A stretch of DNA of 64,000 nt, from assembly GCA_965202805.1 (NCBI GenBank), contig OZ241869.1, forward strand, positions 3,296,001-3,360,000, written 5' to 3'. This document shows, piece by piece, positions 27,631 through 38,259 of this stretch. The DNA is from Longimicrobiales bacterium. GTDB lineage: Bacteria; Gemmatimonadota; Gemmatimonadetes; Longimicrobiales; Gaopeijiaceae. A model generated the notes under the pieces. The model was not told the origin of the DNA and did no database searches. It saw nothing but the letters and a program-made list of their open reading frames with translations. The position numbers were made by a program, and so were the translations under genes. Position 1 is the first letter of the stretch. Each line of letters starts with the position of its first letter.

Positions 27631-29015
27631 ACACAAAGCGAATCGGCGCGCGGGCGCTCCCACCGTGCGGAGCCGCGGTCCTGGCATGCCTGGCGCTGGT
27701 CTGGGCCGCCTCGGCCGGGCCGGCGCACGGGCAGGCCTTCGAACTGCCCCCGATCCCCATCGACACCTTCTCGCTCGACAACGGACTGCGCGTGATCGTG
27801 AGCGAGGACCACTCGGCGCCGGTGGTGGCGGTCCACATGTGGTACCATGTCGGCAGCGCGCACGAGGTTCCGGGGAGGACCGGGTTCGCGCACTTCTTCG
27901 AGCACCTGGTTTTCGAGGAAACCGAGAACCTGGGCAACGGCGACTTCGCCCGGCTGGTCAACAACGCCGGCGGCACGTACAACGGCACCACCTCGACCGA
28001 CCGCACGGCATACTTCGAGACCCTCCCCTCCAACCGGGTCAACCTGTCCTTCTGGCTGCACGCGGAGCGCATGGCGCGCCTGGTGGTGAGCGAACGCGGC
28101 TTCGAGAACCAGCGCGAAGTGGTGAAGGAGGAGCGCCGCCTGCGCATCGACAACCAGCCGTACGCGCAGGCGAACATCGTCCTGGATTCGCTCTCCACCG
28201 ACTACGAGCCCTACCGGCATACGCCGATCGGTTCCATGGAGGATCTCGACGCGGCCACCACCGACGACGTGAAGGACTTCTACGAGCGCTACTACGTGCC
28301 CAACAACGCGACCCTGGCGGTGGTCGGTGCGGTGACCACCGACCAGATCCGCGCGCTGGCGGAGGAGTATTTCGGCGCGATTCCCCGGGGGGAGGACGTG
28401 CCGCCGCTTCCCGACCCGCCGGTCACGCCCCGCACCGACGGGGAACGCACGGCTTCGGTCAGCGACGAGCACGCGCAGCTGCCGTTCCTCTACATGGGGT
28501 ACAACGTACCCGAGGCCGGCCACCCGGACGTATTCCCGCTCGCGGTGCTTTCCCAGGTGTTCAGCGCGGGCGAGAGCAGCCGCCTGCACCGGCGCCTGGT
28601 CAAGGAGGACGAACTGGCTCCGGCCGTCATCTCGGGGCTGCAGCAGCGGCTGGGATCCGGGCTCATGCTGTTCGGAAGCCTGCCGCACGCCGGCGGCAAT
28701 ATCGAAGAGATCCGCGCCGTCATCGAGGAGGAGATCGAGAAGCTCAAGGCCGACGGCATCACCGAGCGCGAGCTGGAGAAGGCGCTCAACCAGCAGCGCG
28801 CCGCTCAGGTCGCGAGCCGCATGACGGTCAATGCCAAGGCGAACATCCTCCAGTCCTTCGCGCTCACCTGGGGCGATCCCTTCGAGGTCAACAACGTGCT
28901 CGCGCACTACGAGGCCGTGACCCTCGACGACGTCCTGAACGTCGCGCGCAAATACCTCGTTGCCGAGAATCGAACCGTGGTCGTCGCCCGGCCCACCGGA
29001 GGAGTGATCCCATGA
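27627..29015 (+). CDS. M16 family zinc peptidase, catalytic subunit
   Basis: Signal peptide, LDNGLRV, GFAHFFEH (HxxEH), VVKEERR, FYERYYVPNNA; GTG overlaps the uvrA stop. Confidence 0.92.
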   Translation: MNTKRIGARALPPCGAAVLACLALVWAASAGPAHGQAFELPPIPIDTFSLDNGLRVIVSEDHSAPVVAVHMWYHVGSAHEVPGRTGFAHFFEHLVFEETENLGNGDFARLVNNAGGTYNGTTSTDRTAYFETLPSNRVNLSFWLHAERMARLVVSERGFENQREVVKEERRLRIDNQPYAQANIVLDSLSTDYEPYRHTPIGSMEDLDAATTDDVKDFYERYYVPNNATLAVVGAVTTDQIRALAEEYFGAIPRGEDVPPLPDPPVTPRTDGERTASVSDEHAQLPFLYMGYNVPEAGHPDVFPLAVLSQVFSAGESSRLHRRLVKEDELAPAVISGLQQRLGSGLMLFGSLPHAGGNIEEIRAVIEEEIEKLKADGITERELEKALNQQRAAQVASRMTVNAKANILQSFALTWGDPFEVNNVLAHYEAVTLDDVLNVARKYLVAENRTVVVARPTGGVIP

Positions 29016-31144
29016 ACGCACATCGCCTGAACGCGCGCCGCACGAGGTCCCGTGGGCGCCGGACGAGGCACCGTGTGCTGGTCCCGGCGCTCCTGATGCT
29101 GGCGAGCCCCGGAATCGCCGCCGCGCAGCAGGGTCCTCCCGAGCCCCTGCCGCTCGACGACATCCCGTTCCCGGCGTTCGAGGAGCGTCTGCTCTCCAAC
29201 GGCGCCGACCTGATCGTGGTGCCCCACGACGAGCAGCCGTACGTCACCGTGAACCTCGTGGTGCGGGCGGGCAACGCGGCCGATCCCCGCAACCGCGCGG
29301 GCGTGGCGGCGATGGTCGCCAGCCTGCTCAACAAGGGCACGGACACCCGGACGGCGCTGGAGATCGCCGACGCCACCGACCACATCGGCGCCAACCTCTC
29401 CGCGGGCGCGGGAGACGACTGGACGAACGTGGTTCTCGGCGTCGTGACCTCCCAGCTCGACGCCGGCCTCGAGCTCCTGGGCGACATCGTCGTCAACCCG
29501 AGCTTCCCCGATGAGGAGATGGACCTGTACCGCCAGCAGACGGTCACGGGCCTGCAGGTGCAGCTCGGCTCGCCCGGGTTCCTGGCCAGCCGCGAGTTCC
29601 AGCAGGCGGTGTATGGACGTCATCCCTACGGCCTGCTCCCGACGCCGGAGAGCATCGAGAGAATCCGGCGTTCCGACCTGATCGCCTTCCACCTGCGCCA
29701 CTACAAGCCCACCAACTCGCTCGTGGTGGTCGCGGGCGACGTGACCGTCGACGACATCGAAGCCCGCCTCAACGCGGCGCTGGCCGACTGGGAGCCCGGA
29801 CCCTCGCGGCCGCCCACCTATTTCGACATTCCCGCGCGCGAGGAAAAGGAGATCATTCTGGTGCACCGGCCGGAATCGGTGCAGTCGACCATCCTGGTCG
29901 GACAGTCCGCCATGAAGGGAGACCACGAGGACTGGATGCCGCTCAGCCTGGGCAGCCGCGTACTGGGCGGCTCCAGCACGGGCCGCCTCTTCCAGGTGCT
30001 GCGCGAGGACAAGGGCTGGACGTACGGATCCTACACGTCCGCCGTGCGCAAGCGGGATCTGGGCTACTTCCTCGCCAACGCCGAGGTGCGCAGCGAGGTC
30101 ACCGACAGCGCCCTCGCGGAGCTGCTCAACCAGGTCGACCTCATCCGATCCGAGCCGGTTCCCGACGAGGAGCTGTCGGATGTGCAGGACTTTCTCATCG
30201 GGTCGTTCCCGCGGACCATCGAGACGCCGCAGGCGATCGCCAACCAGGTCGCGACCTATCGGTTGCGGGGCCGCTCCACCGAGGAGCTGGAGGCGTACCG
30301 CGACCGGGTCGCCGCGGTCGTGCCCGAGGACATCCAGGGCGCTCTCGTGGAGCACTTCGACCCGGAGCGGGCCGTGGTCGTGGTGGTGGGCGACGCCACG
30401 CAGATCCGTTCGAACCTCACGCGCTTCGGCCGCGTGCGCATGGTCGACGCCGAGGGCAACCGGCTCACCATCGACGACGTGGAGGTAAGGGACTCCGACA
30501 TCGCCTACGACCCTTCGGTGCTCGAGCCCGGAATCTGGCGCTATCGATTGATGGTGCGGAATCGCCAGGTCGCGGACATGGAGCGGGTGCTGGGCTTCGC
30601 CACCCGCAACGACGAGCGCACCATGTCGCTCACCAGCACGGTGCGGGCCAACAACATCACACAGGTCTCGGAGGTGTTCTTCTCTCCGCGCAGCTTCCGG
30701 CCGGTCGCCAGCACCTTCCGGCTCGTCACCGCCGAGGGACAGGCGAACTGGGAGCTGGAGATGGATGGGGAGCGCGTCACCGGCCGCGCGACGGCGACCG
30801 GGCGGGACGCGAGCGAGATCGAGCGGGAAGTGGTGCGCGGGGCCTTGCTGGGCGAGATGGATGAGCTGGTGGCGTGGATCTCGGAGCTGGAGGAAGGGCT
30901 GGAACTGCGCTATCCGGTTGTCCAGCCCCAGAGCGGCCGGGCGCGCACGGTAACCCTGCGGGTCCGCGGCAACACGGAGATCACCGTCCCGGGGGGGACC
31001 TTCGACGTCATCGAGGTGAGCTTCAGCGGCGGGGAGGGCAACCAGCGGGCGTACTTTACGGCTGAGCGGCCCCATGTGCTGGTTCGCGCCGAGTCCACCG
31101 GATCCCCGGTCGTCCTGGAGCTCACCGAGATCCCCGGCGGGTAG
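29012..31144 (+). CDS. M16 family non-catalytic partner subunit with a C-terminal extra domain
   Basis: LSNG, no HxxEH, RLFQVLREDKGWTYG (R/Y pair); about 200 aa C-terminal beta-rich domain with ITVPGGTFD. Confidence 0.88.
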   Translation: MNAHRLNARRTRSRGRRTRHRVLVPALLMLASPGIAAAQQGPPEPLPLDDIPFPAFEERLLSNGADLIVVPHDEQPYVTVNLVVRAGNAADPRNRAGVAAMVASLLNKGTDTRTALEIADATDHIGANLSAGAGDDWTNVVLGVVTSQLDAGLELLGDIVVNPSFPDEEMDLYRQQTVTGLQVQLGSPGFLASREFQQAVYGRHPYGLLPTPESIERIRRSDLIAFHLRHYKPTNSLVVVAGDVTVDDIEARLNAALADWEPGPSRPPTYFDIPAREEKEIILVHRPESVQSTILVGQSAMKGDHEDWMPLSLGSRVLGGSSTGRLFQVLREDKGWTYGSYTSAVRKRDLGYFLANAEVRSEVTDSALAELLNQVDLIRSEPVPDEELSDVQDFLIGSFPRTIETPQAIANQVATYRLRGRSTEELEAYRDRVAAVVPEDIQGALVEHFDPERAVVVVVGDATQIRSNLTRFGRVRMVDAEGNRLTIDDVEVRDSDIAYDPSVLEPGIWRYRLMVRNRQVADMERVLGFATRNDERTMSLTSTVRANNITQVSEVFFSPRSFRPVASTFRLVTAEGQANWELEMDGERVTGRATATGRDASEIEREVVRGALLGEMDELVAWISELEEGLELRYPVVQPQSGRARTVTLRVRGNTEITVPGGTFDVIEVSFSGGEGNQRAYFTAERPHVLVRAESTGSPVVLELTEIPGG

Positions 31145-31263
31145 ACACCTCGACTCCGACCTCTTCCGCGGCGACGGCGACGCCAAGCCCCGTCCGCGTG
31201 CTGCAGGAACGCAGAATGCAACACCGCCCGGAGGGCCGCCCATGGCAGGCAACGCCGGTCTCC

Positions 31264-31320
31264 GCGGCGCCGGTTTCGAGGCGCCGCAAACGTAGCTCTG
31301 CCCTACGTTTTCTGTTAGTT
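31264..31320 (+). terminator. Two adjacent hairpins followed by a T-rich run
   Basis: GCGGCGCC/GGCGCCGC (31264-31287) and AAACGTAG/CTACGTTT (31288-31310), then TCTGTTAGTT. Confidence 0.4.
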
Positions 31321-31386
31321 TCAAGGGTTCCGCAGGACCGCCGAAACATCGGCCCCAACTGGTTTTCATCTCACGAGGAGAAGGGG

Positions 31387-31743
31387 ATGAGGAAAGCTCT
31401 CGCCATTCTCGCTCTCTCCGGAGTCCTGGCGGCGTGCGCCGGCGTGCAGCTGCCCCCCAAGGCGGGCCCGGAAGAAGTCGAAGTCATCGTTCCCGCGATG
31501 GGCCAGGCAGCCCGCGAAGGCTATCGGACGATCGGTCCGGTCACGGCCCGCGCCCCCCTGGGCACCTCGAACGAGGACATGCTGCTCCTGCTTCGGACCG
31601 AAGCCGCGGAGCTGGGCGCGGATGCGATCATCTTCGAGCGCATCGAAGACACCACGCGCAGCCAGGCGGCCGCCGACATCGGCCGCAACCAGGGACTCAT
31701 CGGCCACGCGCTCGCCATCTACTATCCGGCACCGGGCACCTGA
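31387..31743 (+). CDS. Small lipoprotein (YbjQ/RcsF-like fold possible)
   Basis: Lipobox LAAC; EAAELGADAII motif; purine-rich RBS. Confidence 0.75.
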   Translation: MRKALAILALSGVLAACAGVQLPPKAGPEEVEVIVPAMGQAAREGYRTIGPVTARAPLGTSNEDMLLLLRTEAAELGADAIIFERIEDTTRSQAAADIGRNQGLIGHALAIYYPAPGT

Positions 31744-31894
31744 GGCCCATCACGAGAAGTTCGTCCCGTCTTCGTCGCAGGTGAGGACGGTGGCGGCCGG
31801 TAGCGCGTCTCTGCTGTCCGGATCAGGAAGTCGGGCCCGGACACCGGTCTGTCCGTAGCTGCCCCCACGAGCGTAAACCCCACGAGGCATCTGC

Positions 31895-34513
31895 ATGGAT
31901 TCCGCCCCCGGAGAACGGATACTCGCGCGGCTGCTTGAAGACGAAATGCGGGAGTCGTTCATCGATTATTCGATGAGCGTCATCGTCCGCCGCGCGCTTC
32001 CCGACGTCCGCGACGGCCTGAAGCCCGTACACCGTCGCATCCTCTACGCGATGAGCGAGCTGGGGCTCGGCCCCACGCGCCCCTACAAGAAGAGCGCGAC
32101 CGTCGTCGGCGAGGTGCTGGGCAAGTACCATCCGCACGGCGACTCGGCGGTCTACGACTCCATGGCGCGCATGGTGCAGGACTTCTCGCTGCGCTATCCG
32201 CTGGTGGACGGCCAGGGCAACTTCGGCTCCATCGACGGGGATTCCCCCGCGGCCTACCGCTACACCGAGGCGCGGCTCACCCCGCTGGCGACCCAGCTCC
32301 TCACCGACATCGATGAAGAGACCGTCGACTTCATCCCCAACTTCGACGGCCGCATCGACGAGCCCACGGTGCTGCCCGCGCGCGCGCCCAACCTGCTCGT
32401 CAACGGCAGCTCGGGGATCGCGGTGGGGATGGCCACCAACATCCCGCCCCACAACCTGCGCGAGGTGGTGGATGCGACCATCGCGCTGATCGAGAACCCG
32501 GACCTGCCGCAGGAGGTGCTGGAGAGCATCGTGACCGGGCCGGATTTCCCGACCGGCGCCTTCATCTGCGGCCGCCGCGGCATCCGCGACGCCTACCGCA
32601 CCGGCCGCGGCCGAATCGTGATGCGCGCCCGCGCCGACGTGGAGGAGGCCGGCAAGCGCGGCAACGCCCGCATCGTGGTGCGCGCGATCCCCTTCATGGT
32701 CAACAAGACCCGCCTGATCGAGCAGATCGCCCAGATGGTGCGCGAGAAGAAGCTCACCCAGGTGTCGGCGCTGCGCGACGAGTCGGACCGCGACGGCATG
32801 CGCATCGTGATCGAGCTGAAGCGCGCCACCGTCCCCCAGGTGGTGCTCAACCTGCTCTACAAGCACACCCAGATGCAGGCGACCTTCGGCACCATCCTGC
32901 TCGCGCTGGTGAACGGCGTGCCGCGGGTGATGGGACTTCGCGAAATCCTCTTCCACTTCGTGGATCACCGGCACGACGTGGTGGTGCGGCGAAGCGAGTT
33001 CAGGCTCGCGAAGGCCAGGGCGCGCGAACACATCCTCGAGGGCCTCGAGATCGCCGTCGACAACATCGACCGGGTGATCGCCATCATCCGCTCCTCACCG
33101 GATACCGCGACCGCGATGGCGCGGCTGAGGGCCGAGGAGTTCCGGGTGGATGCCGAGGAGCTGGCGGCGCGGGCCGACTCCGCCGAGGATGCCCGGCTGC
33201 TGGAAGCGGAGGCAGGGGAAGCACCGTCCCTCCGCCTTACGGAGCGTCAGGCCGAGGCCATCCTCAACATGCGCCTGGCCCGGCTCACAGGCCTCGAGAT
33301 CGACAAGCTGGAGCGGGAGCTGGCCGACGTGCGCGCCGTCATCGCGGAGCTGGACGAGATCCTCTCCAGCAGACTTCGGCGCATGCAGATCATCGTCGAG
33401 GAGCTCCGGGAGGTCGCGAAGCGGTTCGGGGACGACAGGCGGACCGAGATCCTCACCGGCGTGGCCGACCTGGAGATGGAGGACCTCATCAAGGACGAGG
33501 AGGTCGTGCTCACCGTCAGCCGGCAGGGCTACCTGAAGCGCATCCCGCTGACGGCGTATCGCGCGCAGCGGCGCGGCGGCCGCGGGCTCAAGGGCATGGC
33601 CACCAAGGACGAGGACGAGGTCGGGCACCTCTTCGTGGCGAACACCCACGACTACCTGATGATCTTCACCCGGTCGGGGAAGTGCCACTGGATCAAGGTC
33701 TGGGAGGCGCCCGACGCGGGGCGCTACTCGCGCGGCAAGCCGGTGGTGAACCTGCGCAACATCGACCCCAGGGACGGGATCGCGGCGTTCGTGCCGGTGC
33801 GCACCTTCGCACCGGACTGCCATCTGCTGTTCTGCACCCGCAAGGGCATCGTCAAGAAGACGCCGCTGTCGGCGTACGGCAACGTCCGCATGGTGGGCAT
33901 CCACGCCATTCGGGTGGATGAGGACGACGAGCTGATCGACGTGCAGATCACGGACGGCGCCAGCGAGGTACTTCTGGCGACGCGCGAGGGCATGGCCATC
34001 CGCTTCCACGAATCGGATGTGCGTCCCATGGGACGGGTGGCGCGCGGGGTGAACGGCATTCGCCTGCGTGAGGGCGACGAAGTCGTGGGCATGATGGTGC
34101 CCTCGGAGGATTCGTCGATCCTGGTGGCCACCCGCGGGGGCATGGGCAAGCGCTCGGCCGTCGGCGAGTACCGGCTGCAGCGGCGCGGGGGGTTCGGGGT
34201 CATCAACATGAAGACGACCGACAGGACGGGGCCGGTGGTGGCGGTGAAGGCCGTGCACCCGTCCGACGAGCTCATGCTGATTACGCGCAACGGGGTGGTG
34301 AACCGGCAGCGGGTGGAGGAGATCCGTGTGATCGGCCGCGTGACCCAGGGGGTGCGCCTGCTGAACCTGGACGAGAACGACGAGCTGGTGGACCTGGCGC
34401 GCGTGATGGGCGACAACGGGGACGGCGAGGAAGCCGGCCGCGAGGCTGAAGGCAACGGACCGCAAGCTGGCCGGGAGGCGGTTGCGGGCGCCGAGCGGGA
34501 GCGCACCGGGTGA
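31895..34513 (+). CDS. gyrA: DNA gyrase subunit A
   Basis: [29 protein letters not shown] catalytic Tyr, GyrA-box QRRGGRG, beta-pinwheel repeats. Confidence 0.97.
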   Translation: MDSAPGERILARLLEDEMRESFIDYSMSVIVRRALPDVRDGLKPVHRRILYAMSELGLGPTRPYKKSATVVGEVLGKYHPHGDSAVYDSMARMVQDFSLRYPLVDGQGNFGSIDGDSPAAYRYTEARLTPLATQLLTDIDEETVDFIPNFDGRIDEPTVLPARAPNLLVNGSSGIAVGMATNIPPHNLREVVDATIALIENPDLPQEVLESIVTGPDFPTGAFICGRRGIRDAYRTGRGRIVMRARADVEEAGKRGNARIVVRAIPFMVNKTRLIEQIAQMVREKKLTQVSALRDESDRDGMRIVIELKRATVPQVVLNLLYKHTQMQATFGTILLALVNGVPRVMGLREILFHFVDHRHDVVVRRSEFRLAKARAREHILEGLEIAVDNIDRVIAIIRSSPDTATAMARLRAEEFRVDAEELAARADSAEDARLLEAEAGEAPSLRLTERQAEAILNMRLARLTGLEIDKLERELADVRAVIAELDEILSSRLRRMQIIVEELREVAKRFGDDRRTEILTGVADLEMEDLIKDEEVVLTVSRQGYLKRIPLTAYRAQRRGGRGLKGMATKDEDEVGHLFVANTHDYLMIFTRSGKCHWIKVWEAPDAGRYSRGKPVVNLRNIDPRDGIAAFVPVRTFAPDCHLLFCTRKGIVKKTPLSAYGNVRMVGIHAIRVDEDDELIDVQITDGASEVLLATREGMAIRFHESDVRPMGRVARGVNGIRLREGDEVVGMMVPSEDSSILVATRGGMGKRSAVGEYRLQRRGGFGVINMKTTDRTGPVVAVKAVHPSDELMLITRNGVVNRQRVEEIRVIGRVTQGVRLLNLDENDELVDLARVMGDNGDGEEAGREAEGNGPQAGREAVAGAERERTG

Positions 34514-35484
34514 CGGCTCCGTCGCTCGACAGCGTACGTGCGGCGGCGGCGCGCCTTGAGGGCGTGGCGGTGCGCACGCCGCTGCTCTGGTCCCCCGACC
34601 TCTCCGACGAGGTGGGCGCGAGCGTGCGCCTGAAGTGCGAGTCGCTCCAGCGCTGCGGCGCCTTCAAGCTGCGCGGAAGCTACAACTTCATCTCCCGGCT
34701 CTCCGACGAGGATGTGGCGCGCGGCGTGATCACCTACTCCTCGGGCAATCACGCCCAGGGGGTGGCGCTGGCGGCCCGCATCCGCGGCGTGCGCGCGGTG
34801 GTGGTCATGCCGACCACGGCGCCGGCGGTGAAGCATCGGGGCGCGGCCCGGCTCGGTGCCGAGGTCGTGTTCGAGGGCACCACCTCGGTGGAGCGGCGCG
34901 CGCGGGCGGAGGAGATCGCCGCCGCCGAGGGGCTCGTGATCGTTCCGCCCTTCGACCATCCGGACATCATCTCGGGACAGGGCACGGTGGGCCTGGAGAT
35001 CGCGGCGGACTGGCCCGAGGTGGACACCGCGGTCGTCCCCATCGGTGGTGGCGGGCTGGCGGCGGGCACGGCGGTGGCGTTGCGGGCGCTGCGCCCCGGC
35101 ATGCGCATCATCGGGGTGGAACCCGAGGGCGCGCCGTCGATGCGGGCCGCGCTGGACGCGGGCCGGGTGGTGCGCATCGACCGCATCGACACCATCGCCG
35201 ACGGGCTGGCGCCGGTGCAGGTGGGCGACCTCACCTACGCGCTCGTGCGCGACCTGTTGGACGAGGTGGTGCTCGTGTCCGACGCCGCCATCCGGGAGGC
35301 GGCCGTTTTCCTGCTCGAGCGCGCCAAGCTGGTGGCCGAGTTCTCCGGGGCGGCCACGGTGGCGGCGCTGCGGTCGGGGGCCGCCGGCTTCGGCGACCGG
35401 ATCGCCGCCGTGATCAGCGGCGGCAACGCCGACGTCGCCGCGCTGGTGGCGCGCACGGGTTCGCCGGCGAGAGTTCGGGCTTAG
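34510..35484 (+). CDS. PLP-dependent threonine/serine dehydratase (serine racemase-like)
   Basis: [42 protein letters not shown]; no ACT domain. Confidence 0.92.
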   Translation: MTAPSLDSVRAAAARLEGVAVRTPLLWSPDLSDEVGASVRLKCESLQRCGAFKLRGSYNFISRLSDEDVARGVITYSSGNHAQGVALAARIRGVRAVVVMPTTAPAVKHRGAARLGAEVVFEGTTSVERRARAEEIAAAEGLVIVPPFDHPDIISGQGTVGLEIAADWPEVDTAVVPIGGGGLAAGTAVALRALRPGMRIIGVEPEGAPSMRAALDAGRVVRIDRIDTIADGLAPVQVGDLTYALVRDLLDEVVLVSDAAIREAAVFLLERAKLVAEFSGAATVAALRSGAAGFGDRIAAVISGGNADVAALVARTGSPARVRA

Positions 35485-35526
35485 CTAAGGCAAGTGAACT
35501 TAGTCCGACAGTCGCCCCGACCTGCC

Positions 35527-36213
35527 GTGAAGCGCCTCATCCTCTTCGATATCGACGGCACCCTGGTGTGGGGAGGCCCGGCCAAGGAGGCGTTCACCCA
35601 TGCGCTGATCGAGGTGTACGGCACCACCGGTCCGGTGAACCTGGTGTCCTTTGCGGGCAGGACCGACCCGCAGATCGCGCGCGAACTCCTGCGCAAGGCG
35701 GGACTGGACGACGGCCGCATCGACGAGGGACTGCCCAGACTGTGGACGCTCTACCCGCGTGAGCTCGAGCGGCGCCTGCCCGCGAAGCCGGTCACGGCGC
35801 TTCCGGGCGTGCGCGAACTGCTGGCGGCGCTGGACGACCGCCAGGAGGTGGCGATGGGTCTGGTCACCGGCAACATCCGCGAGGGCGCGCGCCTGAAGCT
35901 GGGTTCCGCCGGGCTGGCCGCGGATGCGTTTCCGGCGGGCGGCTTCGGCTGCGACCGGGAGAGCCGCAACCACCTGCCCGCCGTCGCGGTCGGCAGGGCG
36001 GAGCAGGTGTGGGGGGTGCGCTTTCCCCCCGAATCGGTGGTGGTCGTGGGGGACACCCCGCTCGACGTGGAGTGCGGCCGGCACTTCGGGGCGCGCACCT
36101 TCGCCGTGGCCACCGGGCACTTCAGCGCCGCGGACCTCGAGGCCACCGGCGCGGACCACGTCGCGACCGACCTGACCCGCACCCGGGAAGTGGTCGAAGT
36201 GCTCACGGCCTGA
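35527..36213 (+). CDS. HAD-superfamily hydrolase/phosphatase
   Basis: LFDIDGTL, VTGN, VGDTPLD. Confidence 0.9.
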   Translation: MKRLILFDIDGTLVWGGPAKEAFTHALIEVYGTTGPVNLVSFAGRTDPQIARELLRKAGLDDGRIDEGLPRLWTLYPRELERRLPAKPVTALPGVRELLAALDDRQEVAMGLVTGNIREGARLKLGSAGLAADAFPAGGFGCDRESRNHLPAVAVGRAEQVWGVRFPPESVVVVGDTPLDVECGRHFGARTFAVATGHFSAADLEATGADHVATDLTRTREVVEVLTA

Positions 36214-36370
36214 CAAGGGTGGGCCGCGGCGCTCCATCTTGTGCGCGGGTTCGCCGACGCGCCAAGTTTAGCCTGCGGCCGGAGGTGAGGGACGCGCATC
36301 GCGCCCGCCACCCCATCACGCGCCCGGACGCGCGTGGTTTATCGACAACGACCGGCGACGGAGTATACGG

Positions 36371-37117
36371 ATGCCCAGCAGAGCGCAGCAGCGAAAGGAA
36401 ATGAGGCAGAAGCCCGCGAGCGGCGGGGTCAAGCGCCTCTACCTCATCCTCGGCGGAGTGGGGCTCATCGGAGTGGTGGCGGCGGTCTACACGACCGGAT
36501 CGACGGTGTTCAGCAACGCCGTCACCGAGCCCGTGGACCTGGGCGACCTCTCCGACGAGGAACTCGTGAATCTGGCCTACGGCTCGGAACTGGGAGACCC
36601 GGAAGCGCCCATATCGGTGGTGGAGTTCGGGGACTATCAGTGCCCGGCCTGCGCCATGTTCGCCTCGGGCGTGAAGCCCCTCATCGAGTTGAACCTGGTA
36701 GAGACCGGGCGGGCCAAGTTCGTCTTCTACGATCTGCCCATTTCGAGCATTCACTCCAACTCGTTCCTGGCGTCGAGAGCATCCCACTGCGCCGGCGACC
36801 AGGACCGCTACTGGGAATACCACACCACGCTCTTCGATAACCAGTTTTCGTGGGCGGCCTCGGGCGATCCTGTAGGCAACTTCGTGGGCTATGCCCGCGC
36901 CCTGGGGCTGGACGACGGCGCCTTCCGCGACTGCCTCAACTCGGCCCGGCACGCCGACCGGGTCACCGCGAACCTGCGCCTCGCCAGCGCGCTCAACCTG
37001 ACCAGCACCCCGAGCGTTCTGGTCAGCCGAGGAACCGGAGCCGCGAGGAGGCTGCCGGGCAACGACTACGTCACCATCGAGAGCGCGGTCGAGCAGCTGA
37101 CGGAAGGAGAGCCATGA
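36371..37117 (+). CDS. DsbA/BdbD-like thioredoxin-fold protein
   Basis: N-terminal TM, EFGDYQCPAC, cis-Pro loop STPS. Confidence 0.9.
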   Translation: MPSRAQQRKEMRQKPASGGVKRLYLILGGVGLIGVVAAVYTTGSTVFSNAVTEPVDLGDLSDEELVNLAYGSELGDPEAPISVVEFGDYQCPACAMFASGVKPLIELNLVETGRAKFVFYDLPISSIHSNSFLASRASHCAGDQDRYWEYHTTLFDNQFSWAASGDPVGNFVGYARALGLDDGAFRDCLNSARHADRVTANLRLASALNLTSTPSVLVSRGTGAARRLPGNDYVTIESAVEQLTEGEP

Positions 37118-37323
37118 GCGCAGGCGATACGGCCACGGTGCGCCTGGTTTTCGTCGACAGGGGGGTCTATCACCACGAAGACGTCCGGCTCCCCAGCACC
37201 GGCCTGAACTCCAGCGAACGCCTCATCGACTGCCTCCGCGAAGACCCGGAAGTGCTCGGCGACCTCTACGTGGACCTCAAGCGGCTGTGCGCCGCGTACC
37301 GGGTGGAGGACGGGGGAGACTGA
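37114..37323 (+). CDS. Small hypothetical protein (69 aa)
   Basis: ATGA overlap with the DsbA-like stop and an AGGAG RBS; MSAGDTATVRLVF...RLIDCLREDPEVL..YVDLKRLCAAY. Confidence 0.7.
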   Translation: MSAGDTATVRLVFVDRGVYHHEDVRLPSTGLNSSERLIDCLREDPEVLGDLYVDLKRLCAAYRVEDGGD

Positions 37324-37345
37324 GCGGAGGCGAGCGCGTCCAGGG

Positions 37346-37900
37346 TCAGGCCGCATCCAGCACGCCGAGCGCCCGCTCCCGCGTCCATTCCTGCACCACG
37401 GGAGGAGGCCACGTGCCGGCGCCCGCGCGCTCCAGAATCCGCTCCGCTTCCTCCCGGGCGCGACGCGCCGTCGCCGCCTCCAGCGCATCCGCGTCCAGCG
37501 CGGCCTGAAGTTCGTCCTCGTCGAGGAGCCTGGGCGCCCGTCCCGGCTTCATCCACACGTCGAGAAAGAGATCGGTGGTGTGCCAGACGTGTCCGGGCAG
37601 CATCTCCACCGGCGTAAGGAGGTTGGCGTAGAAGCCGGTGAACGCGCCCCGGGAGTCGTGGAAACGCCCGATGTCGTGCCAGAGACCCGGGAACGTGAAC
37701 CAGACGATGTCGGATCCGGTTTCGAGCACGACCTCACCGTCCAGCTCCATCGGCGACGAGACGCGGATGCCGCCCGAGAAGGTGACGATCACCTCCGGGC
37801 TCTGATGGATGATGGGCTGGCGAAAGGTCTGCAGGTGATCCGGGGGCCTTAGGTAGTGGATGGTGACGCGGGGAAGGGAACAGCCCGGATTCGAGGTCAT
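37346..37900 (-). CDS. DUF402 family protein (FomD-like nucleotide hydrolase fold)
   Basis: GFYANLLTP, DLFLDVW, LLDEDEL motifs. Confidence 0.8.
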   Translation of the reverse strand: MTSNPGCSLPRVTIHYLRPPDHLQTFRQPIIHQSPEVIVTFSGGIRVSSPMELDGEVVLETGSDIVWFTFPGLWHDIGRFHDSRGAFTGFYANLLTPVEMLPGHVWHTTDLFLDVWMKPGRAPRLLDEDELQAALDADALEAATARRAREEAERILERAGAGTWPPPVVQEWTRERALGVLDAA

Positions 37901-38259
37901 GCGCCGGGGTCGTCTTCGTCGCCGCCGGCGCCCGCGGACACCCGCTCCACGAAGATGTCCATGATGCCGCCGCACACCGCCGGGCTCCACCCCATCAGGT
38001 CCTCGGTGAGGTCGACCTTCACCAGGCGCGGGACTCCGTCGTCGATCACCTCATGCGCGGCTTCGATGACCTCCGCCTCCCCGCACCCGCCGCCGACCGT
38101 GCCCACCAGCCCGGTCTCCGGGTCCACCAGCATGCGCGAACCGGCCTTGCGCGGCGTCGACCCGCGCGTGGAGACGATGGTCGCGAGCGCCGCCCGCCTG
38201 CCGGCGCGCACGGTCGCGAGAACGGCTTCGTACACGTCCTGGTCGCCCGGCGAACTCAT
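37897..38259 (-). CDS. Stand-alone XdhC/CoxI N-terminal domain protein
   Basis: ALATIVSTRGSTPRKAGSRMLV, GTVGGGCGE, CGG. Confidence 0.88.
   Translation of the reverse strand: MSSPGDQDVYEAVLATVRAGRRAALATIVSTRGSTPRKAGSRMLVDPETGLVGTVGGGCGEAEVIEAAHEVIDDGVPRLVKVDLTEDLMGWSPAVCGGIMDIFVERVSAGAGGDEDDPGA

Noticed and set aside
24670..27687. Very long antisense or alternate-frame ORFs (e.g. 24670-27687 -, 58391-61201 +, 7753-9915 +, 39534-42038 +)
   Set aside because: These are shadow ORFs caused by high GC and codon bias opposite well-supported genes, with no recognisable motifs.
33131..33230. About 30-aa acidic insertion in the GyrA coiled-coil region as a possible intein or novelty
   Set aside because: It has no intein termini (C/S...HN), and insertions at this position are known in other GyrA proteins such as E. 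coli.
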